A stretch of 60,516 bases of DNA, the filler included, from Squatina squatina (lineage: Eukaryota), in the NCBI GenBank assembly GCA_031763465.1. It is 4 parts of 3 records of this genome, joined end to end, with 100 filler letters (N's around TTAATTAATTAA, not from the genome) between each part and the next. Parts side by side here need not be neighbours in the genome. Positions count along the whole stretch, not along the records: positions 15,170 to 30,764 come from JARFOE010000058.1; positions 30,865 to 44,140 come from JARFOE010000036.1; 2 more parts are not named here. One strand, written 5' to 3'. The position numbers and the translations under genes were made by a program. A model generated the notes under the pieces. That model saw nothing but the letters and a program-made list of their open reading frames with translations, had not been told where the DNA came from and ran no database searches. Positions 27,301 through 38,367 of the stretch are shown here, piece after piece. The stretch's first letter is position 1, and every line of letters begins with the position of its first letter.

Positions 27301-28779
27301 AAAAGAACAGGGTGAACAAAATGGCAGCTGAATTAATGGCGAGCTGTGGATCTTCAAGAGTTGCTACTTCACCAGATCTTGTGAATACCAGTGAAGCACA
27401 TGACAGACTTGCCTTGCTGCACACAGGGAACAAATTAAGAGGTCATCCTCGCACCCGAAGGACTGCCTAAGAAGAAGAAAAGAGGAGAGGCTTGTGCAAC
27501 AAAATTTGATGAACCCCACCTCCCGCCCCACTGCTGACTCATGTGCGAGCGCAGTTCCAGTTTTGCTGTTTTTTCAGAATCAGGCCTTATAAAATAAATC
27601 AACTTTCTCTATTATCACAATTTACAACAGACTCTCAAAATGTTATTTATGTGATCATCATTTTCCGGTCTCTGCTTCTTCTTGCTTGCCAACCTACCCA
27701 TGGAGAATGTTCCCAGCTGGAGCTTCAGTCACATGACTTTCACTCATTTGCGCTTCAATTACTAATTATAAACTTGAGTGTGTATTATGTCCTTTTCTTT
27801 AAGTCCAGTTGACTGTAAACATTGAATGGTAACGTCTTTGACTGACTAGTGAATGGACGGAAAGACAAAGCACAGGTTTTATGTGGACATGCAGGGAGAG
27901 GCAGAGCATTCGGCCACAGACTGATAGTCAGTAAGAACATCCAATATTGATACAAAGCATCTGGCACTGATAAAGCGAAAATTTACTTGTGTGTTTAGGC
28001 TGAGGATCTCCGCCTGTGCGCAATAAATAATACATAAATTTCCTGTTTACACTATACTCCAGAAAATACTATTGCCAATCTTAATTTTTCACTTGATATT
28101 CCGCTGCCCACCACTTCAGCATTTCATTGGAAATGTGTTCACCTACCAATAGTGCCAATTGTTATTTCCAGGATCATATATTTTCCATTTCAGATTTCAT
28201 TTCTCTAAAGGTACACTCAAATGAACCTTTTGTATTAACCAAACATATATGTTTACAAGTCTGCAATTCACCCCCATTATGAGTTTCTAATCCTGTCAAG
28301 AGTGGTAATAAGCAAGAGCCAGAAGCTTCTCACCGGCATAGTGCCTGCCTTTGCAGCCTGGCAGTAAAGAGTGGCATAGACAGGGGTGAGGAGAAGCAGA
28401 AGAATTAAATGAGATTAAAAATCCATTCTCATTGTTGGAAGCATGCCTGTAATGAAGTTCATTCCCCTGTATTTCAACATCTGTGACCTTAAAATGTTTT
28501 GATATTCTCTGAGGGTCAGAGTGACATTTCAGATGTCAATGCCTCAAAAGTGCTGGTGNNNNNNNNNNNNNNNNNNNNNNNNNNNNNNNNNNNNNNNNNN
28601 NNNNNNNNNNNNNNNNNNNNNNNNNNNNNNNNNNNNNNNNNNNNNNNNNNNNNNNNNNACAAATAGCAGAGACTTCAGATGGTAGAATTGAAAGGCCACA
28701 CAAATGGGGCATCAAGGATGTCCGCACTGGTCATGGCCACATTCATGTAGCTTCATACACTCAAGGTAAATTGCCTTCT

Positions 28780-29710
28780 TACCCTTGTCCAAAACTTACC
28801 ACTCTCGACAGTGACCCCTTCAGCCTCTCCCTGGCCGACTGGGTCCATCACCTGCGGTCTGATGAGCTCAAGAACCCTCTCCTCCAATTCTGAAAGGGGC
28901 ACCTCCATGGATGGATCTCCCCCTGTTCCCTGTTAGGAGGCCCTGTGGGTAGTGGCCTTAGCCTGCAGATGAAAGGGCATAGCCTTAGCATGATGATATG
29001 TCAGCATCTGCATGGTAATCTCTCAGTGCAGATGCATGTGTCATTAGGAGCAGCTAAGATTAGCAGAAGATCCTAAAGCGAGAGGACTGAGGATTGCACC
29101 TAGTATGCAAGTATTCTTCTCTGCTGCAATGAGGTCCCTCACTCACACAGAGCAAGTGGCACTCACCTGCACCAGATGAGTTGGTCATTGAACTTTTTCC
29201 GACACTGGATTGGTGAGTTCCCCTCCACATCTGATGCAGATACTTCAGTGGCAATACTACAGCCTGCCATCATTCGCGATGTACTGATGAGGCAGTTCTT
29301 CTTCTCGAGGCAGGGATTAGCTGCCGCCTCCTCCTCTCCACAGAAGTCACCAGTGTATCTAGTGCCACATCTGCAAACCTCTTGCTTCTCTGTATAACTC
29401 CAGACATTTTTCAGAAATGAGCCAAAAAAAGCTGCTGAAGTGTGAGCAGCCAGGCTTTTTTGTGAATGAAGGCAGTGAGAATGCAATTGCTTAATGAGAT
29501 GGGTCACCTGCAAAATGTTTGGTAAATTCAAGAAAGCTCCCCTCCAGCTCCTCTCGGCAGCAGTCAGCACCTGCGACAGCGTCTCGCCTGGTCAGAAGAG
29601 AAACACAGATGAATTTTGGAGCTCCCAGATTCTATTAACGCCGGGCGCTATTTGGGCGCTAATCAGTGCTGCAGCGTTTCAAGCGTGGCTACAATCAATT
29701 TCGGCCCCCT
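28780..29710 (-). mobile_element. Harbinger Myb/SANT-like accessory gene remnant with its intron and element end
   Basis: IATEVSASDVEGNSPIQCRKKFNDQL ends near a gtgagt donor; downstream piece AKATTHRAS..GTGGDP...LSELEERVLEL; terminus CAATTTCGGCCCCC. Confidence 0.7.
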
Positions 29711-30764
29711 AGTGTCACTGTCAAGCTCTTCTAGGTTAAGTATAATTTATTTTTCAACACCGAGTGAAACGCCCACTAATCTGCTCCACCAGGACAAGTA
29801 TAGCATGCCTTTGATGCAGGGTAACAGTACCTTTATTCTTCCTCAGAATTGTGTCTCAGCCCTAGCCTCAGAGCGCTCCCTACAGTAGGAATGTGACATT
29901 ATAATTTCCCAAATCAGCCATAATTGTGGCCTCTATTTTGTTGAATTATGGTCAGTTTTGATCTATGGACTTACACCCATCAGTAACAGGATTGAGTCTT
30001 CCCAAACCCATTTCATGGAGAACCTTTCCAGGCAACAGAGAAGGAAATCTACATGTCATTAAATTTGAAGCTGTGTTGTCAAACTATTGAACCTCTCAGT
30101 GATCACTGAGGACAGCAATAGAGTCCTTATGTACATTAAAGCTCTTTGACACACATTTCTCACAGGAGTACAGAAGTGTCTGGAAAAGCTAGAAGTAGGG
30201 TGGGAATTCTCAAGGAAACTCAGAACTGCTTTTCACAGTCAGAAGCCTCAGTTTTGTAGAATCCCAAGAGTTGGCCAGTGATATATATTGTAGCCCTGCT
30301 GAGCAGCAATGAAGAAAACCCATCTTTTGACGCTGGACTGCAGTTGTCTCTGGCCACACCTGTTGTTATAGCAACGGATACATAAAAAAGTAGAAAATTG
30401 CAAATTAAATACATAGAGATGTACTGAAATCTGTTCAATATATAACAATGAAATAGGTCCTGTCCAGAACTTGCAATCTTAGATCATTTTTGTGAGGTCA
30501 GTGTGAGGTCAGTGTGGGGATGTCCCACTTTGCCCTCAAAATTCTGAGTCAAATTGATTCTGGATCTTGGCAAGTGTGAATGTCGTGTCTATTTCATTTT
30601 GTAGAGAGTTAGGGATTCCAGTTCATTAAAACAAGCAGAGAGGAAAGGGAAGTCAGTCAAACAGCTATGGTCACGGCATATCTGTTTATTGCAGCTGAGG
30701 CTAATTCCAGAATTGCTGCCAGGAAATTTAATGTTAAATGAAATTCTGACAGGCAGGTAATTCC

Positions 30765-30864
30765 NNNNNNNNNNNNNNNNNNNNNNNNNNNNNNNNNNNN
30801 NNNNNNNNTTAATTAATTAANNNNNNNNNNNNNNNNNNNNNNNNNNNNNNNNNNNNNNNNNNNN
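30765..30864. other. Artificial scaffold-joining linker
   Basis: 44 N, TTAATTAATTAA (30809-30820), 44 N. Confidence 0.95.
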
Positions 30865-32663
30865 CACTGTTGTCTTGGGCCAGGAGCACAAAGGTAGACA
30901 ATTTAGTTCACAGATAGTAAATTTGCTGACTTATACAGTAAACAAACATAAAAGACATAAAAGTTCATTGCTTATGTAGTTTCCAAGTATTTAGATTAAA
31001 GTATTCAGAACAGAGAGATAAACTAAATGTTAGAAAGCAAGTGAAGAATAAATAAGACAGAATAGCAAAGTGAATTTCTTGGAAAAGAGTATTCTCATTG
31101 GTAACAATTTTTATTTTGGATATAAATTGTAATATAGTGGATTTTAAAATATGTATTTTTGAAAATTATAAGGATGAAATAAATTTATTTTATAGTTTAA
31201 TGTTCACTGTGTGCGGTTTGATTTCAAGCTTTTACCATTGCCTTTTTGGTTTTATCCTCCTCTGAAGATGCTGGGGATCAATTTTCCTGCTGAATGACGT
31301 GTAGCAGGAACTCGACAGTACAAACTCTTCATCTGGGCCTGGACTGTGAATGCAAACTGAGAACCCTCACAGCCAGCAAAGTGGCATCTGTCTACCCCCA
31401 GCTCAGCCCGAGGAAGCAGATACACAACAATATGGGGCTGAAATTGTGATTGGAGGCTTCCTGCGTGCGGATGCCTCTGACGTAAATATTTCTACGAACT
31501 TACACTGACGGTGTGGGAGCTGCGAAAACTTATGCTCGGCCTCCACAGGCAGGCGCAGCAGCCTTGGGATCTCTCCAGTGTAGGTGGATCGCAGGTACTG
31601 GTGGGATCACTGGTTGGAGCCTCCCATATCAGGCAGGAGTATCTCCCATTCATGCTTCTGCTGATCTGTGCCATATACAGAGACCAGCAGAAGTGTGAAT
31701 GGGAGACAGTAAAACTGCACAAGCACTTCAAAAATAATAAAAGTANNNNNNNNNNNNNNNNNNNNNNNNNNNNNNNNNNNNNNNNNNNNNNNNNNNNNNN
31801 NNNNNNNNNNNNNNNNNNNNNNNNNNNNNNNNNNNNNNNNNNNNNCACCGCTCGCACCCTAGCGATAAAGGAATATCTTCTTCCATTCGACGACAGCAGG
31901 GATCACCTCTGAAGATACTAAAACTACATCTCTCTTCAGAATATATCTAAAACCAGGACTTTGACAAACTTTTTAGCTGCTTCACCCCGAAACCGCCGGT
32001 CTTCTGGAGATCGCAGATAATTGGGCACTGTGCTAGGGCACTAAACTAGAATATTCTTCGCGATCACGTGCGCAATCTTCCGGACAATGCAACTAGTAGC
32101 TGACTGTGAATACTGTGGGAGGGGTGATGTTGGGACTCTCCTCACAACCCGGAGCCGGACCATCTTTCAGGAAACGCAACTATCAGCGAGTGGAACGTGC
32201 GGATCTCTATCAGGAGAAATGAGCTAACGCGGTGGCCTCAACTGTCTATGCCCGAAACCGTTGATCTTCCGGAAAACGCAACTATCTGCTCTGAAAAGTT
32301 GTGGGAAGCCTGGTGTTACCATAACTCTGCCGACGGTTTCCGAATATAACCGTGCTAACCCGAATACGACCGAGTCTGCCACAAGGACACGCTTATGATC
32401 TGTCCTACCACGAGCATCTCTAGAGGTGGATGGATAAAGGTTACCACAACCTGTGGCTCTTTAGTCTAAACTGCACTATCTACAGCTAGCTGGTGAAACC
32501 CGAATCTTGCAAAGGGTGCAACTGTGTGGTGATGAGCTTCAGGGAGGAGCAGCGTGCCGTTCCNNNNNNNNNNNNNNNNNNNNNNNNNNNNNNNNNNNNN
32601 NNNNNNNNNNNNNNNNNNNNNNNNNNNNNNNNNNNNNNNNNNNNNNNNNNNNNNNNNNNNNNN

Positions 32664-32876
32664 GCTCACTCCCCACAGGTACTGGGACTGACTCCAGCTC
32701 ACTCCCCACAGGTACTGGGACTGATGCTCTGCCTCACTCCCCACAGGTACTGGGACTGATGCTCTGCCTCACTCCCCACAGGTACTGGGACTGACTCCAG
32801 CTCACTCCCCACAGGTACTGGGACTGACTCCAGCTCACTCCCCACAGGTACTGGGACTGATGCTCTGCCTCACTCC
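32664..32876. repeat. Minisatellite, 33/35-bp units (CTCACTCCCCACAGGTACTGGGACTGA plus CTCCAG or TGCTCTGC)
   Basis: Six near-perfect tandem copies with two spacer variants. Confidence 0.95.
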
Positions 32877-33012
32877 TTTTCAGCTTCTTGGTCCTCCTGC
32901 GATACTGCAGGTTTAATCCTGGCTGTATACGGTTTAATTCCGGAGGTTGGATGCTGGAATGATCTCGCTGGAGGATTAGTATTTTATTGCCATCAATGTT
33001 GTTTTGTTACAG

Positions 33013-33203
33013 GTGAGAAGCCTCACAAGTGTCAGGTGTGTGGGAAAGCCTTCAGCCAGAGCTCAAACCTCATCACCCACAGCAGGAAGCACACTGGCTT
33101 CAAACCTTTCATTTGCTCAGTCTGTGCGAAAGGGTTTCAGCGCAAAGTAGACTTGCGCCGGCATCAAGATACACATATTGGCTTTAACTCAGCTGGTGTT
33201 TAG
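33013..33203 (+). CDS. Terminal coding exon (ZF5-ZF6) of a GFI1-family C2H2 zinc-finger repressor, divergent paralogue
   Basis: ttttgttacag acceptor, phase 1; (G)[62 protein letters not shown]; [12 protein letters not shown] and [10 protein letters not shown] are GFI1/GFI1B/Senseless hallmarks; not in the supplied ORF track. Confidence 0.92.
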
Positions 33204-33842
33204 GTCAAAGGGCGCTCACTGAAGGAGCATCGATGCAGCTCTCCAGCTCAGCCAATGAGGATGTCGCAGGTTTCCGATTGAACCAATGGGAAATATTGTG
33301 TTCTCACTCACTAATGAGGGGAAACCCTGAGACATTGCAGTTTTCAATCTCGCATTTACCGAATGAGATGTTCCAGAAGCTTTTGGCTCTGCCGAGCTCC
33401 CAACATAGGGACGATCAGTCAGCGCTGCTGTTGATGCTGTGTCCTGTGCATCTTACTGCAGACTCACCGACTTCATCCAGAGAACTCCTCCTCCGCCACA
33501 GTCCTGGGAAGGAAGGTCGATCCCTTCCCAGTCCTTGCACAGACCAGCTCAACCAGGACTCCTCCTTTACAACCATCCGGCAAAGTTATTGATATATTTT
33601 CACAAAGGTACAACAATGTGTCGAAGCCTCGGACCCACGTTGTGTAGTTTGAGCGTGGTCCCTGTGTGTTCGAAAGATTCAGAGAATGGGGTCAAAGCTG
33701 GAGCTGCTGTCACTTGGAGACATTCCTCAACGTTTAACTGAAACCTGCCTGATACCTTTTCATAAACACTGTCCTGTGGACACCGATGGGTGTGTTGTAT
33801 CCCAGTAATCTCCAACTGTAAATATTTGTATGACATTTTTTA

Positions 33843-33848
33843 ATTAAA
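33843..33848 (+). promoter_or_regulatory. Candidate polyadenylation signal (ATTAAA) of the GFI1-like gene
   Basis: About 640 nt after the stop codon, preceded by TGTAAATA (33817-33824) and a T-rich tract. Confidence 0.5.
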
Positions 33849-34121
33849 AATCCCATTTACAGCGGATGTTGGATCCGATGGTTATTTGCAGGACGGCGGG
33901 TTGGGTTCCCCGCTCAGCGCAGAGTTTGCTGTTGGGACATTACACTCCCTCGGAGAATCAATGGGGGAGAAATTGGCCTCCTTTGTGCTTCCGGTGGCGC
34001 CGAAATGACAGACAGCCGCGANNNNNNNNNNNNNNNNNNNNNNNNNNNNNNNNNNNNNNNNNNNNNNNNNNNNNNNNNNNNNNNNNNNNNNNNNNNNNNN
34101 NNNNNNNNNNNNNNNNNNNNN

Positions 34122-35073
34122 GCGATATTCCTGATGTGAAGAACGATTTTGCCTTCATGCTTCACCTGATAGACCAGTATGATTCCCTGTACTCCAAGAG
34201 GTTTGCAGTCTTTCTGTCTGAAGTCAGTGAGAGCAAGTTGATGCAGTTGAACTTGAACCATGAATGGACAGTGGATAAGCTACGGCAGAGGCTGCAGAGG
34301 AACAGTCAGAACCGTCTCGAGCTCCATCTCTTCATGGTGCCAGGCCTCCCCACTTCCACCTTCGAGGTGACAGAAATTGAGTCGCTGAAACTCGAATTGA
34401 TCAGTGATCTTGAGTTGCCAGCAAAAGTTGCGCAGTTAGTGAACCTTCAGGAGCTGGCTTTGTTGAACTGTCCAGTCAAACTCCAAGTAGCTGCATTAGG
34501 GTTTCTGATGGAGCGTCTCAAAGTCCTCCAGGTCCGCTTCAATAACATCCATGNNNNNNNNNNTCCTCTCTGGACACACAACATGAGAAATGTTGAAGAA
34601 CTCTATCTGACAGGATCTCTGACTCAAGATAGCTCAAAATGCCTCTCTCTTGATTCTCTCTGTGAGCTTCATTGTCTCAAGGTCCTCTCTCTGAAGAGCA
34701 ACTTGACCAAGATCCCTCCAAACCTAGTGGATGTTTCCAACCACCTTCAGAAGCTGACCATCCATAACAATGGCACCAAACTCATGACGTTGAACAGCCT
34801 GAAGAAGCTGCAGCAGCTCCAGGAACTGGAGCTCATTAACTGTGAACTGGAGCGTATCCCTCATGCTGTGTTCAGCCTCTTAAATTTAGAGGAGCTCAAC
34901 TTAAAGCAGAACAACCTCCAATCCATTGAAGAAGTCCTCAGCCTCCAACACTGCCGTAAACTAACATGTCTGAAACTGTGGTACAATCGCATCATCTACA
35001 TCCCCGAACACATCAAAAAACTCAGCTCTTTAAAATGCCTTTATCTCAACAATAACAAGATCGAACTCATACC
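34122..35073 (+). CDS. LRRC8E: LRRC8 (VRAC subunit) large coding exon fragment, LRRC8E-like; both ends lost in gaps
   Basis: [49 protein letters not shown] followed by LRRs ([21 protein letters not shown]); open frame with one 10-N gap; YDSLY, VSES and NHEW match LRRC8E rather than LRRC8A/C (YDPLY, VSEN, NNEW) as recalled. Family is certain, paralogue less so. Confidence 0.75.
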
Positions 35074-35173
35074 NNNNNNNNNNNNNNNNNNNNNNNNNNN
35101 NNNNNNNNNNNNNNNNNNNNNNNNNNNNNNNNNNNNNNNNNNNNNNNNNNNNNNNNNNNNNNNNNNNNNNNNN

Positions 35174-37732
35174 AAGCACCAAGCACTAAGCACCAAGCAC
35201 CAAGCACCAAGCCCCAAGCACCAAGCACCAAGCACCAAGCACCAAGCCCCAAGCACCAAGCACCAAGCACCAAGCACCAAGCCCCAAGCCCCAAGCACGA
35301 AGCCCGAAGCACCAAGCCCCAAGCACCAAGCACCAATCACCAAGCCCCAAGCCCCAAGCACCAAGCACGAAGCACCAATCACCAATCACCAAGCCCCAAG
35401 CACCAAGCACGAAGCACGAAGCACCAAGCCCCAAGCACCAAGCACCAAGCACCAATCACCAAGCCCCAAGCCCCAAGCCCCGAGCACCAAGCACCAAGCA
35501 CCAAGCACCAATCACCAAGCACCAAGCACCAAGCCCTAAGCCCCAAGCACCAAGCACCAATCACCAAGTACCAAGCACCAAGCCCCAAGCACCAATCACG
35601 AAGCACCAATCTCCAAGCACGAAGCAGCAAGCACCAAGCACTAGGCACGAAGCGCCAAGCACCAATCCCCAAGCACCAAGCACCAAGCCCCAAGCCCCAA
35701 GCACAAAGCACCAAGCACTAAGCACCAAGCACCAAGCACCAAGCGCCAACCACCAAGCAACAAACGCCAAGCACCAATCACCAAGCACCAAGCACCAAGC
35801 CCTAAGCCCCAAGCACAAAGCACGAAGCACCAACCACCAAGCACGAAGCACCAAGCACGAAGCCCGAAGCACCAATCACCAAGCCCCAAGCACCAAGCAC
35901 GAAGCACCAATCACCAAGCCCCAAGCCCCAAGCACCAAGCACGAAGCACCAATCACCAAGCCCCAAGCCCCAAGCACCAATCACCAAGCACCAAGCCCCA
36001 AGCACCAAGCACCAAGCACTAAGCACCAAGCACCAAGCACCAAGCGCCAAGCCCCAAGCACCAATCACCAAGCACCAAGCCCCAAGCACCAATCACGAAG
36101 CACGAAGCACCAAGCACGAAGCAGCAAGCACCAAGCGGCAAGCACCAAGCACCAATCACGAAGCACGAAGCAAAAAGCACGAAGCACCAAGCACTAAGCA
36201 CCAAGCACCAAGCCCCAAGCCCCAAGCACCAATCACCAAGCACCAAGCACGAAGCACCAATCACCAAGCACGAAGCAGCAAGCACCAAGCACTAGGCATG
36301 AAGCGCCAAGCACCAATCACCAAGCACCAAGCCCCAAGCACCAAGCACCAAGCACTCAGCACCAAGCACCAAGCACCAAGCCCCAAGCACCAAGCACCAA
36401 GCACCAAGCACCAATCACGAAGCACGAAGCACCAAGCACGAAGCACCAAGCACCAAGCGCCAAGCACCAAGCACCAAGCACCAAGCACCAAGCACCAAGC
36501 ACCAAGCACGAAGCACCAAGCACCAAGCACCAAGCACCAAGCACGAATCACCAATCACCAAGCACCAAGCATGAAGCACCAATCACCAATCACCAAGCCC
36601 CAAGCCCCAAGCACCAATCACCAAGCACGAAGCCCCAAGCACCAAGCACCAATCACCAAGCACGAAGCAAGAAGGACGAAGCCCCAAGCACCAATCACCA
36701 AGCACCAATCACCAAGCACCAAGCATGAAGCGCCAAGCCCCAAGCACGAAGCACGAAGCACCAATCACCAAGCACCAATCACGAAGCACCAAGCACCAAG
36801 CCCCAAGCACCAATCACCAATCACCAAGCACCAAGCACCAAGCGCCAAGCGCCAATCACCAAGCACGAAGCGCCAATCACCAAGCACGAAGCGCCAATCA
36901 CCAATCACCAAGCGCCAATCACCAATCACCAAGCACGAATCACCAATCACCAAGCAAAGAACACCAAGCACCAAGCACCAAGCCCCAAGCCCCAAGCCCC
37001 AAGCACCAAGCACAAAGCACCAAGCCCCAAGCACCAGGCACCAATCACCAAGCCCCAAGCCCCAAGCACCAAGCCGGAAGCACCAAGCACCAATCACCAA
37101 GCACCAAGCACCAATCACCAAGCCCCAATCACCAAGCACCAAGCCCAAAGCACCAATCACCAAGCACCAATCACCAAGCACGAAGCAAGAAGCACGAAGC
37201 CCCAAGCACCAAGCATGAAGCACGAAGGACCAATCACCAAGCACCAATCACCAAGCCCCAAGCCCCAAGCACCAAGCACGAAGCACCAAGCACGAAGCAC
37301 CAATCACCAAGCCCCAAGCCCCAAGCACCAAGCACCAAGCACCAATCACCAAGCACCAATCACCAAGCCCCAAGCACCAAGCACCAAGCACGAAGCAACA
37401 AGCACGAAGCACCAATCACCAAGCACCAAGCACCAATCACGAAGCACCAATCACCAAGCACCAATCACCAAGCCCCAAGCCCCAAGCCCCAAGCACCAAG
37501 CACGAAGCACGAAGCACCAATCACCAAGCACCAAGCCCCAAGCACCAAGCCCCAAGCACCAATCACCAAGCACCAAGCACGAAGCACCAAGCCCCAAGCC
37601 CCAAGCACCAAGCACCAAGCACGAAGCATCAAGCACGAAGCACCAATCACCAAGCACCAAGCACCAAGCACCAAGCACCAATCACCAAGCACCAATCACC
37701 AAGCCCCAAGCACCCAGCACCACGCCCCAAGC
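35174..37732. repeat. 7-bp satellite (AAGCACC)n with variants AAGCCCC, AATCACC, AAGCACG; about 365 units
   Basis: Directly visible; flanked by gaps on both sides. Confidence 0.98.
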
Positions 37733-38019
37733 NNNNNNNNNNNNNNNNNNNNNNNNNNNNNNNNNNNNNNNNNNNNNNNNNNNNNNNNNNNNNNNNNNNN
37801 NNNNNNNNNNNNNNNNNNNNNNNNNNNNNNNNAGCTCGAATGGCTGATAAAAATCACTCCTCTGCAAAGATCATTTTTTGTTGGCAAACATGAGTGGAAT
37901 TTAATATTAGACCCTACTCTGAGAAGGAACGCACAGTTCAGGAAGGCTTCAGATATGGGGAGTTTCATTTAGTGGAATGCAGGGCAGGTTAGATGTGTGG
38001 ACTGTAGTAGAGTTCCCCA

Positions 38020-38367
38020 TTATACTGTCGTAGAGATGGAGGGTGCCTTATTTGGGCTCTCATTGCACATTATGTGATTTGCCATCTCTGCTTCAAGCTC
38101 TAGTGCGGAATTTCGATCTTCCTGATCGCTGTCGGTGCTCCCATCACTGTCCTTTCCCGAGATCTCCAGCCCTCTGAGGAAATGGCTGTTTCCGTGCGGA
38201 ATTGGGTACAGTCCCTCCTGCAGGCCGCTCACCCCCATGGGGCTCGGCAAGAGATCCTCATCAGAAGAGTGAATGGATTCATCATCCTCGACCATGTGAT
38301 TCACAATATGAATCCCATCGAAGCTCATCGGAGTCTGAAAGGGCCCCTGGCCTTTGAAAAGCCGGAT
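38020..38367 (-). CDS. EVI5L: EVI5L terminal coding exon
   Basis: ttttttttcaacgcag acceptor; IRLFKGQGPFQTPMSFDGIHIVNHMVEDDESIHSSDEDLL...LQEGLYPI...FLRGLEISGKDSDGSTDSD...STTV*; the LQ..LYP and KDS.GS.DSD segments match EVI5L as recalled. Confidence 0.82.
   Translation of the reverse strand: MRLFKGQGPFQTPMSFDGIHIVNHMVEDDESIHSSDEDLLPSPMGVSGLQEGLYPIPHGNSHFLRGLEISGKDSDGSTDSDQEDRNSALELEAEMANHIMCNESPNKAPSISTTV

Noticed and set aside
32664-32876. CRISPR-like appearance of regularly spaced repeats (also 10543-10750 and 31999-32284)
   Set aside because: Eukaryotic context, no cas genes, and no unique uniform-length spacers between identical repeats.
33866-35539. 557-aa ORF apparently fusing an LRRC8 domain to a KHQAPST-repeat tail
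   Set aside because: It reads through two 100-N gaps; the N-terminus is non-coding flank and the tail is translated satellite. Only 34122-35073 is real coding sequence.
35041-37972. Many long ORFs with KHQAPST or LVLGAWC repeats
   Set aside because: A 7-bp repeat gives the same 7-residue repeat in every frame; sporadic stops and the lack of splice or start context argue against a mucin-like protein.
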